A stretch of 33,246 nt of DNA, taken from a virus (taxonomy: Duplodnaviria; Caudoviricetes). Numbering within the stretch: the stretch's first letter is position 1; each line of letters begins with the position of its first letter. The stretch lies in the IMG/VR virus record IMGVR_UViG_3300035676_000735, positions 1 through 33,246 of that record. One strand, given 5' to 3'. The translations under genes and the position numbers were made by a program. This document shows, piece by piece, positions 25,608-33,246 of the stretch. The notes beneath the pieces were generated by a model. That model was not told the origin of the DNA and ran no database searches. It saw only the letters and a program-made list of their open reading frames with translations.

Positions 25608-25906
25608 AGTGCATCTCCCTTCACGTCGAGCCTCGTCTCCCTGACAGCTCGCTCAAGAAATTTTGATTGCCCAGACTGGTAGGGTACCCCGGTCCGCTCA
25701 TGCACTGCGCCAGCGTACGGAGCATCGTAGGTCACCGTGACCGATCGGTCTCGTGTTGTCACATGAACGCTGTCCCGGAGAGTACCCGTCTCCACGGGGC
25801 AGAGCGCCTGCGACCGGAGCTTGACCGTCTGCGCCCACTGGGCGAGGGTTGGGCGCAGTCTCGCCCAGAGGAGCTCCATGATCTGCTCAGAGGGCATGAG
25901 GCTCAT
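25604..25906 (-). CDS. HK97 gp10-like neck/tail completion protein
   Basis: CPVETGTLRDS, YA..VHE, KFLERA. Confidence 0.8.
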   Translation of the reverse strand: MSLMPSEQIMELLWARLRPTLAQWAQTVKLRSQALCPVETGTLRDSVHVTTRDRSVTVTYDAPYAGAVHERTGVPYQSGQSKFLERAVRETRLDVKGDAL

Positions 25907-26598
25907 GTGCTCACCCGGTAAGGCTTGAGCAGTCCGATCGCTTCGTCAGGAATGATGCCATCCGTGGATCGCCCGATGGCTATGTTGCGATCCGCCATCT
26001 CCATGTATCCCGACTGCCTCATCCGCCAGCATCTCGCCACCGTCATGAGGCAGGCTTGCTCAATAGCATATGGCAGTGTCCTCGTCCCAGGGGGCTCAGT
26101 GCCCGCTGCTTGCGCGGGGGTGACGTACCCGCCAGAGTACGTCACCTCGAGGACGTGCCTCCCCACCCCGGGGAGCCCACCGTACGTCACGGTGGGGCGG
26201 AGCCCATCCGCACCGCGCACCTGCTGGACAGACTCATACATGGTACCTCCGAATCCCCCCGCACAATAGATGAGTCCGCGCTCCGCGTTGTCCACCGATA
26301 CCTCGAGTGGGATGCCGTCCAGCTCGGCCGTCACATCCTCGTCCATATCTATGGGCGTACGCCGCACTGTCAGTGTATCCCCCTCGGGCGGTACACTCAG
26401 AGTGACATCATCCTCCGCATAGGAGAACGGCCTACCACAATACGCCTCGATGGCCTCGCTCGCAGCGTTGATGATCCTCTCGATAATAGTCTGCACATTA
26501 TCGTCGAGGAGCGTAGCCCCGGGAGCCATCGCCATGACCTCAGCCTTGGCGGCGGAGTAGGTCGTCAGGGCGTTGTCGGCTAGGATTGATGTCGCCAT
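25903..26598 (-). CDS. Head-tail adaptor (gp6/gp15-like)
   Basis: IINAASEAIEAYCGR, VTYSGGY, LP.AIEQACL, LLKPYR. Confidence 0.8.
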   Translation of the reverse strand: MATSILADNALTTYSAAKAEVMAMAPGATLLDDNVQTIIERIINAASEAIEAYCGRPFSYAEDDVTLSVPPEGDTLTVRRTPIDMDEDVTAELDGIPLEVSVDNAERGLIYCAGGFGGTMYESVQQVRGADGLRPTVTYGGLPGVGRHVLEVTYSGGYVTPAQAAGTEPPGTRTLPYAIEQACLMTVARCWRMRQSGYMEMADRNIAIGRSTDGIIPDEAIGLLKPYRVST

Positions 26599-27212
26599 CA
26601 GGTCAGATCCATCACCGTGAATGTGTACGTCCGGGGTGCAGGGTCTATAGGACTGGCAGTGTTGTTTGAGAACTCACACGAGATGGTATTGGCCATCTGC
26701 ACAAAGCAGCGGAAGACGAGCCCAGCCTCGATTGTGTTACCGACCCCTGCATCCACAGCGGAGGTAGAGGTCGTGAGCCACGCGATATCTCCCACAACCA
26801 ATCCACTAAGCGTGAAGGTCTGCGTCGCGGTCGACGCAGCAGAGATTGATCCAATGTCCGTCGACCCACTCGTCCAGGTCATGATCCCCTTAATCGTCGT
26901 CAGTGTCGTTCCGGCGATCGCGGTGCCCGTCGTGAACGTAGAGTCGAGAGTGGTCGCACCGGTGACATCCAGAGTGGAGCCGAGGTCGAGGGCGTTAGTC
27001 GTGGTGAAACAGGACGAGCTCGTGACCGAGGTGGCGACGAGATCTCCCTCGAGATCGATACTCGCCACAGAGGAGCCGGAGGCATTTTTGACATTGAGGA
27101 GTTTGGAGTTGGCCGCTGTTCCGGCGGGCGCGCGAATCTCAATGAGAGAACGCCAAGTGGCCGCCCCGAGCAGGAGCATGAAACTGCAAACAAGCAAAAT
27201 TTTAATCTTCAT
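26598..27212 (-). CDS. Thr/Ser-rich head-region protein with N-terminal signal-like peptide (head fibre/decoration candidate)
   Basis: GAGGG RBS before ATG 27212; MKIKILLVCSFMLLLGAA; C-terminal TFTLSGL.VGD...N.T...IDP beta domain. Confidence 0.55.
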   Translation of the reverse strand: MKIKILLVCSFMLLLGAATWRSLIEIRAPAGTAANSKLLNVKNASGSSVASIDLEGDLVATSVTSSSCFTTTNALDLGSTLDVTGATTLDSTFTTGTAIAGTTLTTIKGIMTWTSGSTDIGSISAASTATQTFTLSGLVVGDIAWLTTSTSAVDAGVGNTIEAGLVFRCFVQMANTISCEFSNNTASPIDPAPRTYTFTVMDLT

Positions 27213-27223
27213 GGTTTCCCTCG

Positions 27224-27253
27224 AAAGAGGATGGGGCCGGACACCCGGCCCCA
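27224..27253 (-). terminator. Intrinsic terminator-like hairpin after the capsid and decoration genes
   Basis: 9-bp stem TGGGGCCGG/CCGGCCCCA with 4-nt loop, followed by TCCTCTTT on the minus strand. Confidence 0.6.
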
Positions 27254-27261
27254 CCTGGAGA

Positions 27262-27696
27262 CTACAGATCTCGGCCCTTGCCGAAGAGCATGATGACCGC
27301 TGACCAGCGGGTCAGAGTACCCGTCGAGGAGAGCGACGGCGTGATCTTGAATTGCTGGTATCGAGCGTACCCCGTGAGATCGATGTTGATGCCGTGGACA
27401 GCCTGCACACCAGTGACCGCCCCTGTCTGTACTACGGTGTCTGCCTCGATCACAGCATCAGACCCGTACACTGTAGAGACAGAGCCCTCGGCGTGCTGCG
27501 TTTCGAACGAGAGCGTCTCACTCGCGCCCAGTGTCGCGAGGGAATGGATGACGATCTGAGCCGAGGTGTAACCAGAGATATCGACCTCCGAGCACGACAC
27601 CTCAACCCCATCTCCGGTAGAGCCCCCAGCGGCAGCCTGGTTTTGCACGAGGGGCAGGGGGGTGGCAGCTTGGTTTTCTGTGCGAGTTTGGAACAT
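27262..27696 (-). CDS. Putative capsid decoration protein
   Basis: AAGGAG RBS before ATG 27696; directly after the capsid gene; beta-sandwich pattern (VDISGY, IDLTGYARY). Confidence 0.6.
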   Translation of the reverse strand: MFQTRTENQAATPLPLVQNQAAAGGSTGDGVEVSCSEVDISGYTSAQIVIHSLATLGASETLSFETQHAEGSVSTVYGSDAVIEADTVVQTGAVTGVQAVHGINIDLTGYARYQQFKITPSLSSTGTLTRWSAVIMLFGKGRDL

Positions 27697-27707
27697 TTGT
27701 ATCTCCT

Positions 27708-29690
27708 TTAGAGGGTCGCCCAGGGGACGGCCGTGAGCATATAACCACAAGCGGGGCGAGCGAGCTTGCTGTCAAACTGTCTCCAGCAATAAATCGCGTA
27801 CTGTCGCAGAGGGTCGAGCGCAGTGCCCGCCGGGGCTTGGTTGCTGACCTCGAAATAGAGCCCGAGCTTGTCGAGCATGTACATGTCCGCCAGTGAGACA
27901 CGCGCGAACTCAGTAATGCTCAGTCCCGACAGGTTCCTCGTGTTGTTCAGCCAATGCACCGGGTATCCGCCGAGGTTCCCCGCATCCAGTTCCGATCGGA
28001 AGGGGTACTCGTCGATGGCGGTCTTCTTGTTCTGCAACCCATGCTTAAATCCAAGATATCCAAACTGCTCTCGCTGTCCACCAGCGTCCGCAAGGTCGAG
28101 AGCCTGCTCAAGCTTGACCAAATCAGTCATCACGTCAGAGTAGTCAGGCGTGGTGGTAGCAGCAGTCGATCGGGAGTTGAGTCTCAGCGTCGTGAAGATA
28201 CCCTCTGGCTGACCACTCTGGCCCGAGCCACAGAGGATCCACGCATCCGAGAGCTGCGCCATTCGAGCCGCCAGCTTGTTTCTCAAAAAAACCTCAGGCG
28301 CGGTGATCGATGCCTCGAGGATCCAATCCTTCATCAGGACGATACATCCGCCCATCTGCCTCGCGGTCAGAGTCAAGAATCCGTCGGTAGGATCCGTAGC
28401 GGTCGGAGCACTGTTCCGCGCAACCGCAGCGACCGATACACCCCCGGTATCTACGGGGATCTTGACCGAGTCCTTGTTCGACTGGATTTTGTTTGCCGCC
28501 GGGATCCGAGCCTCTACCATCGTCATGGGCTCGAGCGCCGCGATGAAATTGGTCTGGATCTGGGGGGGACAATAATTGCCTCCGGTGCCGAGCTGGTCCG
28601 GAGCGACGAGCGCCTCGATCTGCTGTGCAGCCTTGCCACGACCCACGGCAGCGAGCCCCTCCACAGGCGATCGCAGTCCGTGGTGATGGGCAGAGATCTG
28701 CCCCATGATGTAGAGCGCCGCGATATTCCCCGGGCGCTCCTTTCCCCCGCCCTCAATCATACGAGCCTCTATCGCGCGGTCCTCCCCCTCCTTCTGCGCT
28801 CGAGTAGAGGCAAACCGCATGACGGGTGTAGCACCGATCTGGTGATCGGCGATCGCGGCCTTGGCCGCCCGCTCGCTATCGGCCTTGGCCCGCGCCTCCA
28901 TCACAGACTCCACCGCCCTCACAGCGATGTCCGCGATCTTGTCAGCGCCCATCTCCACCGGTTTGTCGAGAGCGGCCAGGAGCTCTGCCTCACTCATTGC
29001 GGCCACCTTCGACGCATCCATCCCTCGCTTGATGAGCGAGGCCTCGATCAGCTTTCGATCCATTCGCTTCTCCTCGCTCCTGATTTTTTCCGACGAGGGC
29101 CGGAGCGCGCGCCCTTGTCTCTCTATTTGCAAAGCTTGCATCTTCGCTAGAATTGGGGACTTATCTATTGGTACCGAATTCTGGAAATCGTAGACTTCGC
29201 CGAAGCCAAGCGTGGCGGCCTCCTCAGCGGTCAAATACGTCTCAGTCGAGAGCAGTTTCTCGAGACGATCAACGCGCATCCCGGTTCGCTCCCGGTAGAT
29301 GGAGATCATCTGATCAGTGATCTTATCGAGCAGCTTTGCCTGTTCCCGCATGTCCTCGGCCGTGAGACCGGCCCCGCCAGTGTGCGGTTGATGCACCATG
29401 ATCTCAGAGAGGGGGTGCAAGCGGCGGTCATCTCCACAGAGCATGATGATCGATGCGATACTCGCTGCTAGCCCGTCGACGTAGACCACAGGGTTGAGGG
29501 GATGGAGGATGTTGTAGATCGACCACCCCGTGAAGACCTCCCCGCCAGGGGAGTTAAGATGCATCTCGTAAGACTGCACACCAGCGAGAGCTTGCAACTC
29601 TCTCACGAGGTCAGCGTCCATCCCAGGCAATACCTCGTCGTAGAGGTAGACCACCCCCACCTGGTCTCGCCGCGTGCTAAAGATCGGCAT
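27708..29690 (-). CDS. ClpP-type prohead protease fused to HK97-fold major capsid protein
   Basis: LNSPGG, GLAASIAS, MVHQP, ETYLTAEEA; then GGNYCPPQ, D...L.GSG..QPEGI, LGGYPV; start 29690 preferred. Confidence 0.9.
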   Translation of the reverse strand: MPIFSTRRDQVGVVYLYDEVLPGMDADLVRELQALAGVQSYEMHLNSPGGEVFTGWSIYNILHPLNPVVYVDGLAASIASIIMLCGDDRRLHPLSEIMVHQPHTGGAGLTAEDMREQAKLLDKITDQMISIYRERTGMRVDRLEKLLSTETYLTAEEAATLGFGEVYDFQNSVPIDKSPILAKMQALQIERQGRALRPSSEKIRSEEKRMDRKLIEASLIKRGMDASKVAAMSEAELLAALDKPVEMGADKIADIAVRAVESVMEARAKADSERAAKAAIADHQIGATPVMRFASTRAQKEGEDRAIEARMIEGGGKERPGNIAALYIMGQISAHHHGLRSPVEGLAAVGRGKAAQQIEALVAPDQLGTGGNYCPPQIQTNFIAALEPMTMVEARIPAANKIQSNKDSVKIPVDTGGVSVAAVARNSAPTATDPTDGFLTLTARQMGGCIVLMKDWILEASITAPEVFLRNKLAARMAQLSDAWILCGSGQSGQPEGIFTTLRLNSRSTAATTTPDYSDVMTDLVKLEQALDLADAGGQREQFGYLGFKHGLQNKKTAIDEYPFRSELDAGNLGGYPVHWLNNTRNLSGLSITEFARVSLADMYMLDKLGLYFEVSNQAPAGTALDPLRQYAIYCWRQFDSKLARPACGYMLTAVPWATL

Positions 29691-30939
29691 CGTCGTCTCC
29701 GTTCTTTCCCCGATCCTCCCCCGGTACACTGGGAGTCTGCGTCTCTGTCACTGTCTGGGCCTCGCTAAGTGGGAGCTCATCCCGCTCCGGGTCGGGCTCC
29801 ATCCCCACCGTCCGGCGGATGTCCCGCACCCGGAATGCGGACGGCGCGGTGCCCATAGCGCGTAGGCGGAAATCTCGATCCTCGGGGATGGGGGATGCGC
29901 ACGTGAGCCAGCCGTCCTGCGGACGTAGGAGCTGCGTCTGGAGGGCGGAGCACAACGCAGTGTGGTAGGGGATGAGCGCGCTAGTAGCCAGGATGCTAGA
30001 CGCGATATACACCGAGTCTCGCGTGCTCCCCTCGTGGATTCCAGCTAGCTCGGGCGGGAAGCCCGCCGTCTGCATGAACATATCCCGATGCGCGGCTCGG
30101 AGCTGTATGCCCTCCGAGAACAGCTGCTGATCCGAGAGCGGGGTGAAAGTGGCCTTACCACTTGCCACATGGATACGCCCGGCCTTGTCTGGCCCCCCGT
30201 ACCGCTCGTTCATCTCACGCTCGATTGCTACCCTCGAGTTGGCGTCGATGCCCTCGATGACTACAAGCCCAGCAGGCATCCCGTGATTGTAGAGCTTGGC
30301 CTTCGCATGATGAGCGGCACCCTCATCGGTGTCGAGCTCATCACCTAGTGTGGATCCCACACCAACCCCGTAACCATAGGGGTCGAGCGGATCCGGATCA
30401 CGGATCCACACCATGTCGACTGGAGATATCTTCCGACTCGCAATTCCTGGGACGTCTGCTGCCACCTCGTAGTACGGAGCCTCTCGAGATGGGGTCGCTA
30501 GGATATTTGAGGGGGGTTGCAGAATTAGGGCTACTGGACCAGTTGGCCCCCGCTGAACCTCCAAGAACGCATTCCCCACGAGCGCCCAGTAGAGGGCGGT
30601 CAGCTTGTTCCGAGTATACGCGTCCATCACGATCCCGTTCGCGAACCGATTGGGCGCTCGGAGGAGTGTGAGTATCGGATGGTCTCTGACCTGCGTAGCA
30701 GATGAGTCGTCCTCGGGATTGCTCGTCCACATCTGCCACCGCAGCGACGTGGCTCGAGCGTGTGCGAGCTGAGAGTGCGCCAAATGGAACCAGGGGCTCT
30801 CGCGGTACGCCCTGAGCACCTCCTGGAGATCTCTACGAGGTCCGGAGGTGAAGGGGGAGTACGTGGTAGAGTACGATGCACGAGAGCCCCAGGGGGCCAG
30901 AGCACGTAGTGTGGAGATCACACGATCCCAGAGCCTCAT
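29677..30939 (-). CDS. Portal protein (HK97-like)
   Basis: HPILTLLRAPN, LVGNAF, DPYGYG, NHGMPAG, GFPPEL.G, IRR..G..P. Confidence 0.9.
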   Translation of the reverse strand: MRLWDRVISTLRALAPWGSRASYSTTYSPFTSGPRRDLQEVLRAYRESPWFHLAHSQLAHARATSLRWQMWTSNPEDDSSATQVRDHPILTLLRAPNRFANGIVMDAYTRNKLTALYWALVGNAFLEVQRGPTGPVALILQPPSNILATPSREAPYYEVAADVPGIASRKISPVDMVWIRDPDPLDPYGYGVGVGSTLGDELDTDEGAAHHAKAKLYNHGMPAGLVVIEGIDANSRVAIEREMNERYGGPDKAGRIHVASGKATFTPLSDQQLFSEGIQLRAAHRDMFMQTAGFPPELAGIHEGSTRDSVYIASSILATSALIPYHTALCSALQTQLLRPQDGWLTCASPIPEDRDFRLRAMGTAPSAFRVRDIRRTVGMEPDPERDELPLSEAQTVTETQTPSVPGEDRGKNGDDDADL

Positions 30940-30945
30940 GGGACA

Positions 30946-30975
30946 GGCCTAATGGATTACATACCTGCGCGTCAA
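30946..30975 (-). promoter_or_regulatory. Promoter-like TTGACG-N18-TAGGCC, 6 nt before the portal ATG
   Basis: Same architecture as the sites at 32390-32418 and 18818-18847; no SD. Confidence 0.5.
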
Positions 30976-30988
30976 GGTTGGTAGGCCT

Positions 30989-32383
30989 CTACCACGAGAA
31001 TGCGGCACGGCCCTCGTGGAGATCTCTCACCGCCCAGACCAGGGCATCCATACGATTAGGTGACCTCGCACCCTGAGTGTAGTCCGTGAGCTCAGTCTCG
31101 AGATCGGCGAAGCTCCCCACGTGGTGCACCCTCCGCTGCTCGTAGAGCGCGGCGACAGGCTCCGCCCGCAGGATCTTGCCGTCACTTCCCCCTCGCCGGA
31201 TCACGCGGATGCCGTCGTCGTGATGATGCAGCAGCGCCTCGATGGCCTCACCACCCTTCGTGGTCTCAGCCACGACTCGTCCGCAGCCCCATCTGTGGTA
31301 GGCCTGCACGGCGGAGTGGGCCCATTTGGCGGGGGAGACCCTCGCCGTCAGGTCCTCAAGCACGTAGTAGTGCCGACGCTCGTCGACGGCCCCACCCCGA
31401 GGAGCGTTACCCTCGGCTGCTACCACGAGACCGCATGCATCTGATCGATCCCCCGCTGTGGTAGATGGATCGATTGCGAGCACGACCTGCGAGAGCGTCA
31501 CACCCACCCTCTCGAGCGCTTGAAGTACACCGCCGGTATCGGTGGATTGTGGCCGGATACGGGGCTCCTCAATCCACGGGCGCCGCCACAGTGAGCCCTC
31601 CACGTCATCCAGTAGGATCCCCTCGAGCTCTTGGCGACCGATGTCTGTCCCGTCATACGAGTCGTGTAGCTCTCGCAATGTCTCCTCGGTGAGATTCCGG
31701 CGATTGTCGTCGAGCGTCCCCCTCAGCAGGATCGTCGACGGTCGAGCAATGATCCGCCGCAGGAGCGGGAGTCGTTGCGGAGTCGTCGTGATGACCATCT
31801 TGGGATCACCACATAATTTAGATCTTAATGAGAATTTGAGATTGTTGTAAAACTCGTCTGCATCCCCCCTCGGCCATTTGCAAAGCTCATCGCAGAGTAT
31901 ATGCGTGTGCTCTCCACCTCGAGGGCCTCCAGGACTCTCGGCTGTCCAGACCGGCGCGATCGCACCTGAGGAGCACAGCACCGCAGATCTCCGGTGATCA
32001 TAGCGCCACTGCTCCCAGGGGGGGCAGATGGCCCTGAGACCCGAGGGGCCGAAGAGGAAGGTCTCCCCCGCGTCACGCATGGTGGCTGAGGCGAGCCCAA
32101 CGCGGGCGCGCGGATTCTTGAGTGCGGCCCGGGCCCACTCCATCCCGAATCGAGTTTTGCCCGAGAAACGGCCGGCCAAAAATACTACCGTCGAATACCG
32201 TACGCCCAAGGGGATGGTCTGCCCACGCCACTCACGTGGACCTATCTGTATTGAGGGCCGGGCCCAGAGATCCCACTGGTACGGGAGTAGAGCTCGCTCA
32301 TGGGCCGTGAGTCGAGCGAGAAATTGCGCCCAGCCACCAGCACGATCGATGAGCTCAAATACTTTGGGCCGGGGGAGGTCCAC
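30989..32383 (-). CDS. terL: Terminase large subunit
   Basis: W.LWAR, AGRFSGKT (Walker A), LCDE, TTTP, AIDP, SPNRMDALVWA. Confidence 0.95.
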   Translation of the reverse strand: MDLPRPKVFELIDRAGGWAQFLARLTAHERALLPYQWDLWARPSIQIGPREWRGQTIPLGVRYSTVVFLAGRFSGKTRFGMEWARAALKNPRARVGLASATMRDAGETFLFGPSGLRAICPPWEQWRYDHRRSAVLCSSGAIAPVWTAESPGGPRGGEHTHILCDELCKWPRGDADEFYNNLKFSLRSKLCGDPKMVITTTPQRLPLLRRIIARPSTILLRGTLDDNRRNLTEETLRELHDSYDGTDIGRQELEGILLDDVEGSLWRRPWIEEPRIRPQSTDTGGVLQALERVGVTLSQVVLAIDPSTTAGDRSDACGLVVAAEGNAPRGGAVDERRHYYVLEDLTARVSPAKWAHSAVQAYHRWGCGRVVAETTKGGEAIEALLHHHDDGIRVIRRGGSDGKILRAEPVAALYEQRRVHHVGSFADLETELTDYTQGARSPNRMDALVWAVRDLHEGRAAFSW

Positions 32384-32389
32384 CCCCCC

Positions 32390-32418
32390 GGCCTAACATA
32401 GTGTACATGAATAGTCAA
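32390..32418 (-). promoter_or_regulatory. Promoter-like TTGACT-N17-TAGGCC, 6 nt before the terL GTG
   Basis: AT-rich intergenic gap; shares TTGAC, ATGTA and TTAGGCC with the portal upstream region. Confidence 0.55.
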
Positions 32419-32424
32419 TGGCAA

Positions 32425-32739
32425 CTATCTGTGGTTCTGCACTATCTCATTGACACGCTGCGTGAGACGTGCTATAGGGCACGTACCACTCACGACGAGA
32501 GAGTGATAGACCCCGTCCAGGAAGAGCGCGGTGGTCGGCACCGATGAGACGCAGTACCGGGTCGCGAGATCTGTGTGATCCTCGACGTCGAGGATCACGA
32601 GCGGGACGGGCAGCGCAGCCCTCTCTAGAGCCGCCAACCATAAGGGGCAGACCGAGCACCACTTGGCGCTGAATACTATGAGCGCCCAACCCGAGGGCGG
32701 GATCATCGGAGTAGGCGCGCGCGCTTCAAGGGGAGTCAT
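32425..32739 (-). CDS. Thioredoxin-family protein
   Basis: FSAKWCSVC, LDVE...LA..Y.V.SVPT..LF.DG. Confidence 0.85.
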   Translation of the reverse strand: MTPLEARAPTPMIPPSGWALIVFSAKWCSVCPLWLAALERAALPVPLVILDVEDHTDLATRYCVSSVPTTALFLDGVYHSLVVSGTCPIARLTQRVNEIVQNHR

Positions 32740-33148
32740 GGGATCTCCCAAGCCATCCCTCTGGCTTGGGGCAATGATCAGCCCACGCCCCCTCGTTGGC
32801 GATAATCGCTCGGCGGGGCAGAAGGAAATGGATCTCCTCAGTGGCCGGCGGATGCAGTAAGATGGTGTCTCCGGGGCCTTCGGCGGCCAGGGTCGCCAGT
32901 GGTACTCGTTGCGCGCCCGACTTGCGGACTATGACCCGGGCGCCCTCGAATACATACTCGTCCCCGGCGATTCGTCGAATCCAGCCAATTTGAACGCGCT
33001 GGTAATACCTACCAGGCAAAACCAACATCTTGAGCCCATCGCGCATGTGGATATCTCCTCCTCGGAACCATCTATTGATTTTGGCGTAGTCGTAGTCGTC
33101 GTCGTCGTCTTCGTCGATGACGACGACGTCGTCGTCGTCATCGTCGTC
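32726..33148 (-). CDS. Probable Sm/LSm-fold domain preceded in frame by a poly-Asp tract (5' end unresolved)
   Basis: Upstream of ATG 33046 the frame stays open: DDDDDDDVVVIDEDDDDDYDYAKINRWFRGGDIH-MRDGLKMLVLPG..QIGWIRR..DEYVFEGARVIVR..LA.EGP. The fold call is pattern recall only. Confidence 0.55.
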   Translation of the reverse strand, partial: DDDDDDDVVVIDEDDDDDYDYAKINRWFRGGDIHMRDGLKMLVLPGRYYQRVQIGWIRRIAGDEYVFEGARVIVRKSGAQRVPLATLAAEGPGDTILLHPPATEEIHFLLPRRAIIANEGAWADHCPKPEGWLGRSHDSP

Positions 33149-33246
33149 GGCGGCGGCGGGGGCGGCGGCGGGGGCGGCGGCGGGGGGGGGGGGCGGGGGG
33201 GGGGGGGGGGGGCCCCGCGCGCCCCCCCCCCCCCCGCCCCCCCCCC
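33149..33246. other. GGC / poly-G / poly-C tail, likely low-quality contig end
   Basis: Pure G/C sequence degenerating from the GTC triplet repeat into homopolymers. Confidence 0.7.

Larger units (their letters stand above)
1..33246 (-). mobile_element. Tailed bacteriophage genome (siphovirus-like, HK97-fold capsid), near-complete
   Basis: Contiguous packaging, head, tail, lysis and replication modules on one strand with tight gene overlaps; no host housekeeping genes. Confidence 0.95.

Noticed and set aside
19499-29150. Long plus-strand ORFs (19499-20425, 24375-25586, 27954-29150)
   Set aside because: Antisense shadows of clear structural genes in GC-rich DNA; no recognisable motifs.
32395-32424. 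Alternative promoter TTGCCA-N18-TATGTT upstream of terL
   Set aside because: Possible, but the overlapping TTGACT/TAGGCC reading matches two other sites and is preferred.
33149-33246. G-quadruplex or terminal G/C hairpin element
   Set aside because: Looks like low-quality homopolymer sequence at the contig end.
1-33246. Lysogeny module, tRNAs, att sites
   Set aside because: No integrase, repressor or tRNA-like sequence recognised; lifestyle cannot be settled because the ends are incomplete.

Overview
The window is most or all of a GC-rich tailed (siphovirus-like) phage genome, probably infecting a Gram-negative host. From 476 to the right end every credible gene is on the minus strand, and most are coupled by 1-4 bp stop/start overlaps. 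Reading right to left: acidic-repeat/Sm-like gene, thioredoxin, TerL, portal, ClpP-capsid fusion, head/neck genes, two tail-tube paralogues, a frameshifted tail chaperone, tape measure and tail tip, exported Cys-rich proteins, a lysis cassette with a GH108 endolysin, metallophosphoesterase, RuvC, Cas4-like nuclease, NDT-like protein, SNF2-like helicase, SSB, a split DNA polymerase A, primase-helicase and a class II ribonucleotide reductase. Both contig ends break in low-complexity coding repeats. The left end has tandem plus-strand Ser-Arg/Trp/Gly (RS-like) peptide genes; the right end has a poly-Asp tract in frame with a probable Sm-fold domain. This RS-peptide/poly-Asp/Sm-like locus is the best candidate for an undescribed system. 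Three similar sigma70-type promoters sit directly on start codons, which suggests leaderless mRNAs. No integrase, repressor, small terminase, tRNA or CRISPR array is visible. All functional calls come from motif recognition by eye, not from database searches.
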